A stretch of 64,000 nt of DNA from Lingula anatina (lineage: Eukaryota; Animalia; Brachiopoda), in the NCBI GenBank assembly GCA_051362555.1, contig CM120641.1:30696401-30760400 (forward strand), given 5' to 3'. The translations under genes and the position numbers were made by a program. Under the pieces are notes generated by a model, which made no database searches, was not told the DNA's origin, and saw only the letters and a list, made by a program, of their open reading frames with translations. This document shows, one piece after another, positions 13,033 through 26,891 of the stretch; the stretch's first letter is position 1; the number at the start of each line of letters is the position of its first letter.

Positions 13033-13375
13033 CAGACATGCTGAAACTGTCGGTCTGATTGGTCATGACCGGCAAAATTTGTCTGGACTGGTAAAAAATT
13101 GGACTTGGTCGGTCCAAAGGACCGACAAGAGTTTTAAGAGTCGCAATTTTGAATTAACAGTCACCATTCGACATACTTCACTAATAAAATGATATAAAAC
13201 CCAAAGCATTTTTTCCCTTCCATTTCAAACCTATCACATTCACAAATAAAGTAAGCTACCCTAATGTTACTGGTAGTACCTGTCTCAAACGAATAGGGTG
13301 ATTTTTGGTCCGGCATATTTTTCATTACTGCCGGTCCAAATGTCCGGCCATTCTGAAAAGTTTTCAGCAAGTCTG
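13033..13375. mobile_element. hAT-like MITE with an apparent 6-bp TSD
   Basis: TIRs cagacatgctgaaact / agttttcagcaagtctg, flanked on both sides by tgttgc. It sits inside a degenerate satellite monomer. Confidence 0.7.
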
Positions 13376-13549
13376 TGTTGCTGTTGTATTATACATAGGG
13401 ACCGCTCAGAATGAGAAGAGCCGAGTGCTAGTTAGGCCATGACCTAAATATGGCAGACCTACATATGAAAGGAAGACCGCTTAATCCTGTAATGGACTCT
13501 CTACCTCTCACATGCCTCACCACATGTTGTCAGTAATTAAATCTCTGTA

Positions 13550-14040
13550 CAATTCAACAGTTGCAGTTGCATTATGGGAATATATTCAGCATTGTGACAT
13601 CAGCAGTTGCAGTTGCATTATGGGATTAAGCATTGTGATATCAACAATAGCAATTGTATTATGGGAATACATTCAGCATTGTGACATCAGCAATTGCAGT
13701 TGCATTATGGGAATATATTGAGCATTGTGACATCAGCAATAGCAGTTGTATTATGGGAATACATTTAGCATTGTGACATCAACAATAGTAGTTGCATTAT
13801 GGGAATAAATTGAGCATTGTGACATCAACAATTGCAGTTGCATTATGGGAATACATTTAGCATTGTGACATCAACAATAGCAGTTGCATTATTGGAATAC
13901 ATCGAACATTGTGACATTTGCATTGTGGGAATACATTGAGCATTGTGACATCAACAATAGCAGTTGCATTATGGGAATACATTAAACATTTTAACATCAA
14001 CAACTGCTGCTGTATTTTGGTAAGAGATTGAACATTGTGA
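13550..14040 (+). repeat. 46-bp satellite, array 1 (about 10 units)
   Basis: Unit cattgtgacatcaacaatagcagttgcattatgggaatacattgag, tandemly repeated. Confidence 0.95.
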
Positions 14041-14110
14041 ATTACTTTTTTCACTTGCTTAGTTTATTATTCAATCATATTGTTTCTTTGAATTTATTAT
14101 TTTTACTGTC

Positions 14111-16574
14111 TTATGTACAGACACATCATGCCTGTATATGTAGCCATCACCTGCATCTGTTGTTGTTGTTGTCTTAAAGCTTGCATAGCTGATATACAGG
14201 TAGAATTCGAAAACAGGCATAATCCCACCAATTTTTTTTTAGCATGTATGCAATACAGTCAATACATTTCAAGGAAAACCGATAGGCCTTTTGTTTTCAA
14301 ACTTACAGGAGTGGCCAATGTTACTAGAATACAGGTTGAATCTGAAAATCCACTTATTCAAACTATTCTTCTGGAAGTAATGCTGATATATTTTTTTCCA
14401 TAACTTTTATGCTGTATGCAACACTGACAACACATTTCAAGGAAAACCAATAATGTTGTCTTCAGGAGTTAATGCTTTTTTACAGCATATATTATAATAT
14501 ATGCTGACAGACAACACATTTCAAACTTACAAGACTGATCAGTATACGTAGTATTAATATACAGGCCAAGCCTAAAAATCAGCTTGATGGGACCATTTTT
14601 CTTCAATTTATGTGTTTTTTGTTTTATTTCTCAGCATATAGTATATGGAATAAAGATAACACCTTCCATATAAAACTTACAGGACTGAATGTGACTTGAA
14701 TACAAGTTGAATTTCAAAACCAGCCTCATCGGAGTTTTTTAATGTTCAGCTATTTTTTTGTATGCATATATCTTACTAAAATGCAGGTCAAGTTCGAAAA
14801 TCGGCATGATCAGGCCACTATTTTAGTAGTTATGCTGTTTTTTCACTTTTCAGCATATATGCAACACTGTAAACAAAATATAAGAAAAACAGATAGGCCA
14901 ATTGTCATGAAACTCACAGGAGTGGTCAATCTAACTAAATCACAGTTTGAGTTCAAAAATCAGCATAATTGGGCCATTATTTTAGAAGTTAAGCTGTTTT
15001 TTCACATTTTCTCAGATTCAATTCTTAGGCATGTTAACAGTCTCAATATTTAACTAATAAGATACGTAAAAGTGTTTGTTTGACATTTTTTGCATCTTTA
15101 CAACATTGTTAGTTGATTATGTAAAAAAGATGGTAAACTTGTTATAGTGTATTGTGTAATAGAGTTTCAAAAATGGAAATAAACTCGTATCATTGCAGTT
15201 TGTCAGATTCAATCATTTACTATACATGTTCAGTAAAAAATAGTGAAAATGGCAGTAAACTGTTAATGTTGTATTTAAAAATTTGAGTTAAAAAATTGTT
15301 AAAAATGGAAAAAAAAAAAATTTCAGAACAGTGCTGTCTTGTTTACATTTTGGCATTTTCAAGGTGTGACTTTGAAGTTCCATGGGCCTGAAGACCTTTG
15401 CTAGTCACATTTTCTGAATATCCATGATACTAATATTTTATTATTAAAAATTAACGGTCATTATGCTGTTAAGCATTATGTACTATTGCATCAAAATAGA
15501 AGAAAACACAATTTTGGGTGCTGCTACCGTGATGACCATTTTGGAAAAACCATGTTACTTATGATTGTCAAACTTTAAAAAAAGAAACACGGGACCAAAA
15601 TGTAGCCCGAGTTGGAAAAGCAGTCTAATTTGCTTCTTTTTCTGGAAGTTAAACATTTTAGTGAAATATTCATTTTTATCGTGTTGGCATATTTATTGTG
15701 GGAGCTCCCACGGACATGAAGCCGAATGGTACATATTTTCTACATGTCCATGCTATTTATAGTCAATAATCAAAAATTGGTAATAATTATTCAGTAATTT
15801 ACTAGTAATGTTACATCAAAATTGACAAAAATCTTTTTGCACTGCTACTACAAACATTATGAAAAGAAAACTGTGTTACTTATTATTATTTTTAACTTAC
15901 AAGTATGATTTTTACGATTGGCATGCAGTTCAAATTAGAAAGCCAGCTCAATTTATTATTGAATTTATGCAATTTTGTGTGAAATTTTCATTTTTCTCAT
16001 TCTGGCACTTTCAAAGTGTGAACTTGAACTCCCATGGGCCTGAAGCCTTATGCTTGTTACACATTTTACTTACATTGGTATTACCTGTTGAGCATAATTA
16101 AAATTAGATGTTGAATTTGCAGTTAAACATTATGTACTTTTGCATCAGAATTGACAGTAGCCTCAGCTTTGCTGCGTTTTTTTTTTATTATGTAAAAAAA
16201 GTGTTGAAAATGGAAATAAACTCATTTCAATATAGTTATGATAAGGTTTATTTGGGTTCAAAGCTGAGTTACTGTGGAAGTATTTTATTCACACGTACTT
16301 GAATGAAGTCAAAGATGTGTTGGCATTCATTAGGTGTGTGTGAGAGGTATCTTCCAGAGTTTCTCAATGGAAAGTCAAAAAAGATATTGTCAGTACATGT
16401 ATGTAAAAATGTAATTTTGACAACCAATTTGTAATAAGTATCTGACTGAAACTGAATAAAGCAACCTTTTTGATTTTGGAACTGAGAAAGTATTTCTGTT
16501 GTTTCTGTCACTGGCATCACTAGCTGATAGTTATCTCTTGTTGTCTGTACATTTCACAATTTTGCTGCCTTGTT
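14111..16574 (+). mobile_element. Non-autonomous Helentron-like element, family A (old, diverged copy)
   Basis: 5' atgtacagaca subTIR with nearby IR and a (gtt)n tract; ~160-190 bp core repeats; 3' tgtctgtacat followed by tttgctgccttgtt. Confidence 0.7.
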
Positions 16575-16699
16575 GTAGCATTGTTGCAAAAGATTTTTTT
16601 GGTGTTTGTATATTTATTAGCTTTGTTCTCAAGTTTTAATTATTTTCTTTCATGACAAATGCAAATAAGTTTTAATTATTTCATTTCTTTGAATTTTAG

Positions 16700-16936
16700 T
16701 GTATGGAAAAGGATGTGGTACTGGGTATATTGTTGAAACAGGGGAAGATGGACTTGGAGAACTGATATGATACACTATAAGATGTGCTATCCAGTAAGAT
16801 TGCAGCTTCATCCAGTCACCCCATACTACAGTACTGTTATCTGATGTGCTTTACAAAGTGTGGCTGCCCAAACCATCTCAGAGCTTTTAACTACTGTATA
16901 ACCTGTAGAATGTGTCAAGGTCATGAGGGAAGACAG
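16700..16936 (+). pseudogene. Candidate exon with stops in all frames
   Basis: Acceptor tttctttgaattttag| and donor cag|gtaaga; partial frame YGKGCGTGYIVETGEDGLGELI*. Confidence 0.4.
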
Positions 16937-17509
16937 GTAAGAAAATAATTTTGGTCACTTCATCACCTTATAATACCAAATAGAACTTTGCTATGTATAT
17001 TGTGTTCAATTTGGTATTTCTTGTTGTTGGAAATTTATTGAGAATTTAAACAACAGCAATTGCTTATGTATTATGGGAAGACATTGAACATTGTGGCATC
17101 AACAAATGCTGTTGATTTATGGACACTTGGAACTACTTGGGATGTCTCGCACACTCCACAATAACCTCGGACATGATATGATGGCATCCATAGCATGCTT
17201 TGAATATTAGGAAAGGAACTACTTTCAGTCTCATGCCCAAATGACACATGCGAAGGCTAGTTGCAAGTTAGGATCAGGTTTGGATAGCTCAGAGACGATG
17301 TGCAATTTCATTTTATCTGAATAGTCTTTATGATACTCCCCAAAAATTGGATTTTAGGGAACTTATCCCTCTGGTGTATTGACTCTGGTTGAGTGAAAAG
17401 GCAGTTCCAGCAGAGAAATGTACCAATTTGATGCATATTCCTACACTTATCGTGTACGTGGTTTGTATGGAGCTTGTGGAATCAGCTGAGGATTGCCATT
17501 TGGTATATT

Positions 17510-20215
17510 TGAAGACACTGAACACTGTGACATCAACAATTCCTGTTGTATAATGGGAAGACATTGAATATTGTGACATCAACAATTGCTGTTGTATTAT
17601 GGGAAGACATTGAACATTGTGACATCAACAATTGCTGTTGCATTATGGGAAGGCATTGAACACTGTGACATCAACAATTGCAGTTATATTATGGAAAGAC
17701 ATTGAACATTGTGACATCAACAATTGCTGTTGTATTATGGAAAGACATTGAATATTGTGTCATCAACAATCGATGTTGTATTATGGGAGGGATTGAACAT
17801 TGTGACATCAACAGTGGCTGTTGTATTATGGGAAGACACTGAACATTGTGACATTAGCAATTGCTGTTGTATTGTGGGAAGACATTGAACATTGGGACGC
17901 CAACAATTGCTGTTGTATAATGGGAAGACATTGAACATTGTGACATCAACAATTGCTGTTGTATTAAGGGAAGTCATTGAATATTGTGGCATCAACAATT
18001 GCTGTTGTATTATGGGAAAACATTGAACATTGTGACATCAACAATTGCTGTTGTATTATGGGAAGACATTGAACATTGTGACATCAACAATTGCTGTTGT
18101 ATTATGGGAAGACGTGACATCAACAATTGCTGTTGCATTATGGAAATATATTTAACATTTTTATATTTTATATTTCCATAATACAACAGCAATTGTTGAT
18201 GTCACTACAATTGCTGTTGTATTATGGAAATATATTTAACATTGTGACATCAACAATTGCTGTTGTATTATGGTAAGACATTGAACATTGTGCTGTCAAC
18301 AATTGCTGTTTTATTATGGGAATACATTGGGCATTGTGACATCAACAATTTCAGCTGCATTATGGGAATACATTGGGCATTGTGACATCAACAATTGCTG
18401 TTGTATTATGGGAAGACATTGAACATTGTGACATCAACAATTGCTGTTGTGTTTATATTTAACATTGTGACATCAACAATTGCTGTTGTATTATGGGAAG
18501 ACATTGAACATTGTGCTGTCAACAATTGCTGTTTTATTATGGGAATACATTGGGCATTGTGACATCAACAATTTCAGCTGCATTATGGGAATACATTGGG
18601 CATTGTGACATCAACAATTGCTGTTGTATTATGGGAAGACATTGAACATTGTGACATCAACAATTGCTGTTGTGTTTATATTTAACATTGTGACATCAAC
18701 AATTGCTGTTGTATTATGGGAAGACATTGAACATTGTGCTGTCAACAATTGCTGTTTTATTATGGAAATACATTGGGCATTGTGACATCACCAATTTCAG
18801 CTGCATTATGGGAATACATTGGGCATTGTGACATCAACAATTGCTGTTGTATTATGGGAAGACATAGAACATTGTGACATCAACAATTGCTGTTGTGTTT
18901 ATATTTAACATTGTGACATCAACAATTGCTGTTGCATTATGGGAAGGCATTGAACACTGTGACATCAACAATTGCAGTTATATTATGGAAAGACATTGAA
19001 CATTGTGACATCAACAATTGCTGTTGTATTATGGAAAGACATTGAATATTGTGTCATCAACAATTGATGTTGTATTATGGGAGGGATTGAACATTGAGAC
19101 ATCAACAGTGGCTGTTGTATTATGGGAAGACACTGAACATTGTGACATTAGCAATTGCTGTTGTATTGTGGGAAGACATTGAACATTGGGACACCAACAA
19201 TTGCTGTTGTATTATGGGAAGACATTGAACATTGTGACATCAACAATTGCTGTTGTATTATGGGAAGTCATTGAATATTGTGACATCAACAATTGCTGTT
19301 GTATTATGGGAAGACATTGAACATTGTGACATCAACAATTGCTGTTGTATTATGGGAAGACGTGACATCAACTATTGCTGTTGCATTATGGAAATATATT
19401 TAACATTTTTATATTTTATATTTCCATAATACAACAGCAATAGTTGATGTCACTACAATTGCTGTTGTATTATGGAAATATATTTAACATTGTGACATCA
19501 ACAATTGCTGTTGTATTATGGGAAGACATTGAACATTGTGCTGTCAACAATTGCTGTTTTATTATGGGAATACATTGGGCATTGTGACATCAACAATTTC
19601 AGCTGCATTATGGGAATACATTGGGCATTGTGACATCAACAATTGCTGTTGTATTATGGGAAGACATAGAACATTGTGACATCAACAATTGCTGTTGTGT
19701 TTATATTTAACATTGTGACATCAACAATTGCTGTTGTATTATGGGAAGACATTGAACATTGTGCTGTCAACAATTGCTGTTTTATTATGGGAATACATTG
19801 GGCATTGTGACATCAACAATTTCAGCTGCATTATGGGAATACATTGGGCATTGTGACATCAACAATTGCTGTTGTATTATGGGAAGACATTGAACATTGT
19901 GACATCAACAATTGCTGTTGTATTATGGGAAGACATTGAACACTGTGACATCAACAATTGTTGTTGTATTATGGGAAGACATTGAACACTATAACATCAA
20001 TAATTGCTGTTGTATTATGGGAAGACATTGAACATTGTGACATCAACAATTGTTGTTGTATTATGGGAAGACATTGAACATTGTAACATCAACAGTTGCT
20101 GTTGCTGTCACGGGAAGGTGTTGAACATTGTGACATCAACAATTGTTGTTGTCTTATGGAAAGACATTGAACATTGTGACAACAACAATTGCTGTTGTAT
20201 TACGGGAAGACATAA
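17510..20215 (+). repeat. 46-bp satellite, array 2 (roughly 55-60 units) with higher-order structure
   Basis: Unit cattgtgacatcaacaattgctgttgtattatgggaagacattgaa; period 46 (e.g. 17581 to 17627). Confidence 0.97.
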
Positions 20216-20249
20216 GAATGGGTGACTTGTTGAGTGTTATTTTCATTTC

Positions 20250-23020
20250 CACTTGGCGGTAGCACAAGCATTTTTTATCTTTCACATATTGGCATTTTCA
20301 AGGTGTGACTGAACTTGAATACCTTTGCAAATCACATTTTCTGAAAATCCTTGATATATTTATATTCTATTCTTAAAAGTTAATTGTTAGTATGCTGTTT
20401 AGCATTATGTAATATTGAATCAAAAGTGAATGAATGAGTTTGGGCACCGCCTCCATAGTGACCATTAAAAAAACATGTCACTTAACATGTCTTAAACATA
20501 CAGGAAAGAAACATAGGACTAAAATACAGCTGGAGTTGGAAAACCAGTTAAATTGGCTTCTTTTTCTGTTGTACATTTTTGTGAATTTTTTATATTTCAC
20601 ATATTGGCATTTTCATTGTGGGACTTACAACTCTGTGTCTGTACATATTGCCATCACCTGTGTCTGTCGTCACTGACGTCACTGCCATCGCCGTCACCAT
20701 GCACTTTCAGCGTAAACAAGATAAGTGGAAGACAGTTTTACTTTTTGGCTTTATATTTACAGACCCAAGTTTGAAAATCAGCATGATCGGGCCATTATTT
20801 TAGCAGTTATGCTGTTTTTTCACTTTTCAGCATATATTCAACACTGTAAACACATTTCAAGACAAACCGATATACCTATTGTCATAAAACTCACAGGTTA
20901 ATCAATCTTACTAAAACGCAGGTCAAGTATAAAAATCAGCATGATCAGGCCATTATTTTAGAAGTTATGCTGTTTTCTCACTTTTCATCATATATGCAAC
21001 ACTGTAAATACATTTCAAGAAAAACCAAAAGGCTTATTAACATGAAACTCACAGGAGTGCTTAATCTTACTAAAATAAAGGTTGAGTTCGAAAATAAGCT
21101 TGATTGGTTCAGTTTTGATGCAGTTATGCCTTGTTTTGTTTATAAGTGCTTTTACCTTAGATTCAATTCTTAGGCATGTTTACAGTCTCAATATTGAACT
21201 AATTAGATATGTATAACTGTTCTTTTGACAAATTTTTCATCTTTACACTATTGTTAGTTGATTACATAAAAATGGTGTTAAACCTGTATTAATCTATTGT
21301 GTTATTAAGTGTCAAAAATGGAAAAAAAAAGCAAATCATTGCAGTTTGCCAGATTCAATCATTTACTATGTTCAGAATCTAAGAATGGAGCAAACCGAAC
21401 ATTTAACATTGTTCTATTGATATTTTCTACATCTCAGCAATTTTCTCAGTTGATCATTAAAAAAGTACAGTAAATTAGTTGTTTTATGTAAAAAAAAGTG
21501 TTAAAATAGAAATAAACCCATTTCACTACAGTTCTGTCTTGTTTACATTTTGGCAATTTCAAGGTGTGACTTTGAAGTTCCTTAATCCCTAAGACCTTTG
21601 CTAATCACATTTTCTGAATATTCATAAAACTTCTATTTTATCATTAAAAATTGATAGTCATTATGCTGTTAGCATTATGCAATACTGCATCAAAATTGAA
21701 GAAAACTCGATCTATTCTAATCACTGCCGCCATAGTGCCCATTAAAGAATAACCATGTCACTCACTCTTCTCAAATTTACAGGAAAGAAACATGGGCCTT
21801 AAATGCAGTTTCATTTGGAAAAGCAGTCTGTTTAGTTAATTTTCCTGTAAGTTTTTTAATGAACATAGAATTTTTTACATGCTGTCACTTTCAAGATGTG
21901 CCTTTGAACCTCCATGGGCTGGAAGACCTTTGCCAGTCACATTTGCTCAATATCCATATGCCACTAATATTTTACTATTATAAATTGATAGTCATTATGC
22001 TGTTAAGCATTATGTAATATTGTATCTAAATTGAAGAAAACCCAATTTTGGGTGCTGCTGCCATCATGTCCCTTATAAAAAACAATGTTACTTATGATTG
22101 TCAAACTTACAAAAAAGAAACACAGGACTAAAATGCAGCCTGAGTTGGAAAAGCAGTCTAATTGACTTCTTTCACTGCAACGTATACATTTTAGTGAAAC
22201 ATTCTTTTTTATTGTATTGGCATATTCATTGTGGAACTCAGAACTCCCATTGGCATAAAGCTGAATGGGAGTCAAATTTTCTACATGTCCATGTTATTTA
22301 AAGTCAATAATTAAAATTGCTCATAATTTTTCTCTAATTTATTATGTAATTTTACATCAAAATTGACACAAATTTTCTCTGTGCACTGCTACTGCAATCA
22401 TTATGAAAAGAAAACTGTTACTTATTATTTTAAACTTACAAGAATAATTTTAGGCTTGACATGCAGCTCAAATTAGAAAGCCAGCTGAATTGATTTATCA
22501 TTTATTATAGCATTAATGCAATTTCATAAATTTTCATTTTTCTCATTCTGGCATTTTCAAAGTGTGCACTTGAACTCTCATGGTCCTGAAGCCTAATGGT
22601 TGTTACACATTTTACTTACATCGGTAATAGCTGTTGAGCTTAATTAAAATTTAATGTTGAATTTGCAGTTAAGCATAATGTACCTTTGCATCAGCATTGA
22701 CAGTAGCATATATGTTGTGCATTGTTATTTTCTACTTTTTGTCTGTACATTTGACAGCTTTGCTGCCTTGTTTAAATGTTATTAATAGTAGATAATTGGT
22801 AGTAATTATACAGTTAATCAACATGTAATATTGCATCAAAATTGACAAAAAATCTACTTTGTGCACTGTCACAAATGTAATGAAAAGAAAACTGTTGCTT
22901 ATTATTATTATTTTATTTTGCAAGAATGATTCTCTAGGATTGACATACAGCTCAAATTAGAAAACCACCTCTATTGTATTATCATTTTATTGAATTTGTA
23001 CAATTTTTTGTGAAATTTCA
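20250..23020 (+). mobile_element. Helentron-like family A, nested or rearranged copies
   Basis: Head module tgtgtctgtacatattgccatcacctg plus degenerate (cgt/cgc)n at 20633-20700; core repeats; 3' end tgtctgtacatttgacagctttgctgccttgtt at 22740-22773. Confidence 0.75.
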
Positions 23021-23024
23021 TATT

Positions 23025-23300
23025 TTACCTCTGCCAAGAAGGTTATATATTTGGTTCCGTTAGTTTTAGTTTGTCTGTCTGTCTGTCTGTTAGCAATTTT
23101 ACAGAAAAAGTTATGGACAAATTTTGATGAAATTTTCAGGAACTGTCAGAAGTGGGCCAAGGAACAGATGATTAGTTTTTGGTGGTGATCCGGATCATTA
23201 ACCAATCAGTATAATCAATAATCAAAAAACTAAATCATTATAGAATGAAAATTTAGGGGTCAAACGGCATTGGGTGGAGACTTTGCTGCTTTGTTTTGTT
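23025..23300 (+). mobile_element. Short Helentron-like element, family C (acctc(t/c)gccaag subTIR, (gtct)n microsatellite)
   Basis: ttacctctgccaagaaggttat...(gtct)n...ggtggtgatccggatc...ttgggtggagac. Homologous to 58476-58743 in the opposite orientation. Confidence 0.75.
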
Positions 23301-23321
23301 TTACTTTCCATACAAATTCAC

Positions 23322-23378
23322 TTACTCCAGCTCGCGGTACAATAACCGAAGGCAGTATCACGTCTCTGATCCTCTAGT
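23322..23378 (+). mobile_element. Isolated 3' end of Helentron-like family B
   Basis: ttactccagctcgcggtacaata...tctctgatcctctagt matches the termini at 29476-29533 and 34875-34931. Confidence 0.7.
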
Positions 23379-23879
23379 AGGGTACTTGTGAATGCTTTGC
23401 CCTTTTGTATGTACTCTATTTGGTGGAAATAAGTCATTTTGCAAGGCTAGGAATTATGCTAGCACGGTCTCTGTTAGAAGTTGACTTATGAGAATATATA
23501 TTTAAGAAAAATGAAAGCTCATTGATATATTCTTATCTAGTAAAACGTTAATTCACGGGGCAAGTCTAGTGGAGTAAAGGAAGCACACTATCCTACAGGT
23601 CCTGCACTCTGCTGGCTTAAAGTTTAAAATGGGTGATTATTGGAAAAGGACAGGATAACATATTTTCATTATTAATTTAATCATATAATTTCAGAAGTAA
23701 AACAAACAGTCACGCCCATACCCCCCCCCCCCACACACACAAACACGTACACCATTGCCACATTCTAACAGATACCTTAGCTTTGTAAAGTCTAAAGATC
23801 TATAATTTCCCTTTCTTTCAAGTTTTATGAAAATTGGCTAAATGTAATAATTTTAATGTAATCATTTATATATTTTCAG

Positions 23880-24198
23880 GCTGCAATGTTTCGTAAGTCC
23901 ATGATGAAGAAGACATTCCTTGTGATTGGCCAGAGGTAGCCATGAAGTATTTAGAAAACTCTTTGAATTCCAAGAAAAAGAGGAGGTAGGCTGAAAGTGA
24001 GCTGTGATCAATAGCAGAGATGAGGAAAACGCGATTAACAGAATAAATGGAAGCGGCGTGGCGGACAAATCTGGCGCTAGAAAGATGGCTCTTTACGGGG
24101 CCAAACAAAGACTGGTAGTGTTTGTGTGGTACATCATACAGCACTTTTTTTGTCAGGGATGGTGAAATCAGGTGCACAGAAGCCACAAGGATTTTCAG
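23880..24198 (+). pseudogene. Candidate pseudo-exon with multiple in-frame stops
   Basis: Acceptor tattttcag| and donor cag|gtaaat; GC-richer than its flanks. Reads VHDEEDIPCDWPEVAMKYLENSLNSKKKRR*AESEL*SIAEMRKTRLTE*MEAAWRTNLALERWLF, then ...RDGEIRCTE in another frame. Confidence 0.5.
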
Positions 24199-25869
24199 GT
24201 AAATATTAATTTAATACGTACAATATATGTGTGCCTTAATTTCATTGATCACCCAAACTCAATGTAGAGGTGCAAAGAAGATTGCAGGTATGCTCTTAAA
24301 ATGTTTCATGTACATATTGCAAAATATATTTGATTATTATAGCGTCCGACATGAATAAGTTTGTATCAACGTTTCACTCTCTTGGGACCATGAATGATAA
24401 AAAATCGTAACTGACCAATACTGGTATGGAAAGCGTATTTTTGACTTGCAAGGCCTTTATCCCAATTTGATGCTTTCTAACACTTCATGCACATAATATA
24501 CCATCCAAATTTCGCTTTCTCTTAAATTTGGGCAACAATGTTTAAGTGATAAAAAAAAATAAAAAAAAATTAAAAACTAATGTCACTCTAAATCCATTCC
24601 ATTTTAATTTTGGATAATAATCCTGTAAATTGCACTTCTATATTGGGTGTGGGTGAGATACATAAGTTAGGCTCCTGTTAAAAACACTATTAATTTTGCA
24701 GGCACACCTTTTTAATATTCTCCCTTCCTTTTTGATCATTTCCAAAAACTGAATACCTTTCTTGTGTGCTAAATTTGAAATTGTAGTACATTTCATAACT
24801 ATCGAATAATTTTGTATGGAAAGCCTATTTTTGACTAGGTAAGTCTTTATCAAATTTTGATGATTTCTAACATCTTATGCACATAATATACCACCCAAAT
24901 TCCATTTTCTCTTAAACTTTGACCACAACGTATAAGTAAATTGAAATTCATGCTTACAGGATAACTTTTCGTATTTAGTTATGATGTCTAGTATCATTCA
25001 TATTAAGTAATAAGAAGCGCTTTAAAAATGATTCTAACAAATTTAATGCTCATGCAATAATCTGTATAATCATTCCCAAAGATTGAACATTTTCCTGGCA
25101 TGATAAGCCTAAATTGTTGAACATCTTAAAAATGTTTAATGTGCAGATTCCAAACTATATTTTATTAGCGTCCGACATGAATAAGTTGATATCGACGTTT
25201 CACTTTCATGGGGCCATGCATGATAATATAATTCGTCGTCTCACCCAAAAAATAAGCATAGTGGCCGTCACGACTGCACAACGTCCAGCTGTTTAACAGT
25301 CTACTCACTTTGAAAATAGCATCATCACTGATTTTGTCCTTACATTTAATTTTGCAAGTATAACATTGTAACAAATGTTGACAATTTTCAATATAAAACA
25401 GTTTCTTGTTTTGAATCACTTTCATTTGCTTCTCACTGATTATTAAAAAACTTGAAAAATGCACCATACTGATAGATAAGCATTTATAACTTAAATTCAC
25501 TCGTGATCCGAATATAATATCTGAAATGTGAAACTAGCATAGAATCACAATATATTTGGCGATCAGAAACATGAACATTTTTTGAGGAAAAAATTACGTA
25601 GTATTGAATATGATGCAAACCCGTAGCATTACAATTAAAATAGTTTTAAATTAGTTCATGTTTAATTTATCATCACTTAATCACTAAGAAACATAACGTA
25701 ATGCAGCCTTAATGTTAGAACTAAATAACCGGAATGCTTTGTTACGTAATGTACACAGCACAAAAAGTCAATTTTCAGCTCTTTTACTCTTCAGGAAATG
25801 GGTCTGAATATTCTCTTTACAAGCCTTTTCAACGGTGTAAAGCTCTACCGGAAAGGTCAGGGTCTACGG

Positions 25870-26072
25870 GTTTACTACCCTTTTATGCCCAAGCTTAAAA
25901 TTGTAGTTGCACTATTACTACGTCTTTCTGATCAAGTATAGGCGATTTTTTACACGTCTTTATAACCCTTTTCCGATGAAGTAAATGCGATATGAGGTAC
26001 GTCATTATAACCCTTTTCCGATCAAATAAAGGCGATTTTAGGTAAGTCTTTACTACCCTTTTCTAATCAAAT
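25870..26072 (+). repeat. Degenerate ~44-bp tandem repeat (4-5 units)
   Basis: Recurring ttta(c/t)(t/a)acccttttccgatcaa.ta.aggcgat. Confidence 0.7.
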
Positions 26073-26891
26073 AGTTTTTAGTTATTTCAATTACTTATAG
26101 CACTGATAATGTTTCAAATTCATGTAGCATTTCATTTAATGAGATTTAATGAATTATAGTAATTTATTGCAAAAAAAAAAAAAAAACAATAACCATTACA
26201 ATGCAGTGGGAATTATGTTTATAAAGCGCAATACAGCTACTATATTTCACAAGTGGAAAGTAATCTTACACTTATTAATGTATTATTTTGTACACTCATT
26301 ATACGCACACCCTAAACAATAGCGAATACCATTAAAAATTTACCTAGTAAAATAACTACGCAAATAAATATGAACCACATTTAAATACGACTTTCCAGAA
26401 CAAAATCTAACCAAAAGTACAATTATAGGAATGTCACAGATTCATAAGTAGTCAGGCTTTTTCCATTATTTATCTGACATCTGGTAAACATATGATGAAA
26501 ACGAAAACGACTACTGCTTATCCATCGACTTAATGTATTTGCAGAGAGTGGCCGCTCGTTAAATAACATGCCAATTATGTGTGCCCTAATTGCCCAACCC
26601 CGTTTTAAAAATTACACTCATTAGGTATTTTTGTTCACATTAAGTAAGGCGATGAAGCCTAGCTTCCAGGGAAAGATGAAATATTGTCACCAAAACCTCT
26701 ACAAAATGCGTAGGCTAAAGAAATAAAATAACATTAAAAATATGGGAAAATTAAAAACAAGAGAAACGCAACACAACATGTACCTGAAATATCCGACTAA
26801 CTTTAAGTATTTAATTAAAATCAAATAAATGCTGCTCAAATTCTAAGAGAAAAATGTACTTTCATAATAAATCTATAGAAAATACAGCTAT

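Noticed and set aside
17120-17510. Coding-like insert before satellite array 2 (EnSpm/Mirage transposase?)
   Set aside because: No convincing conserved motif in any frame I translated.
17510-20215. CRISPR array (short, partly palindromic repeat)
   Set aside because: Units are contiguous with no unique spacers, there are no cas genes, and the context is eukaryotic. It is a satellite.
13512-20225. ORFs with repeated NIVTSTIAVVLWEDIEHCD peptides
   Set aside because: These are translation artefacts of the 46-bp satellite, whose period is not a multiple of 3.
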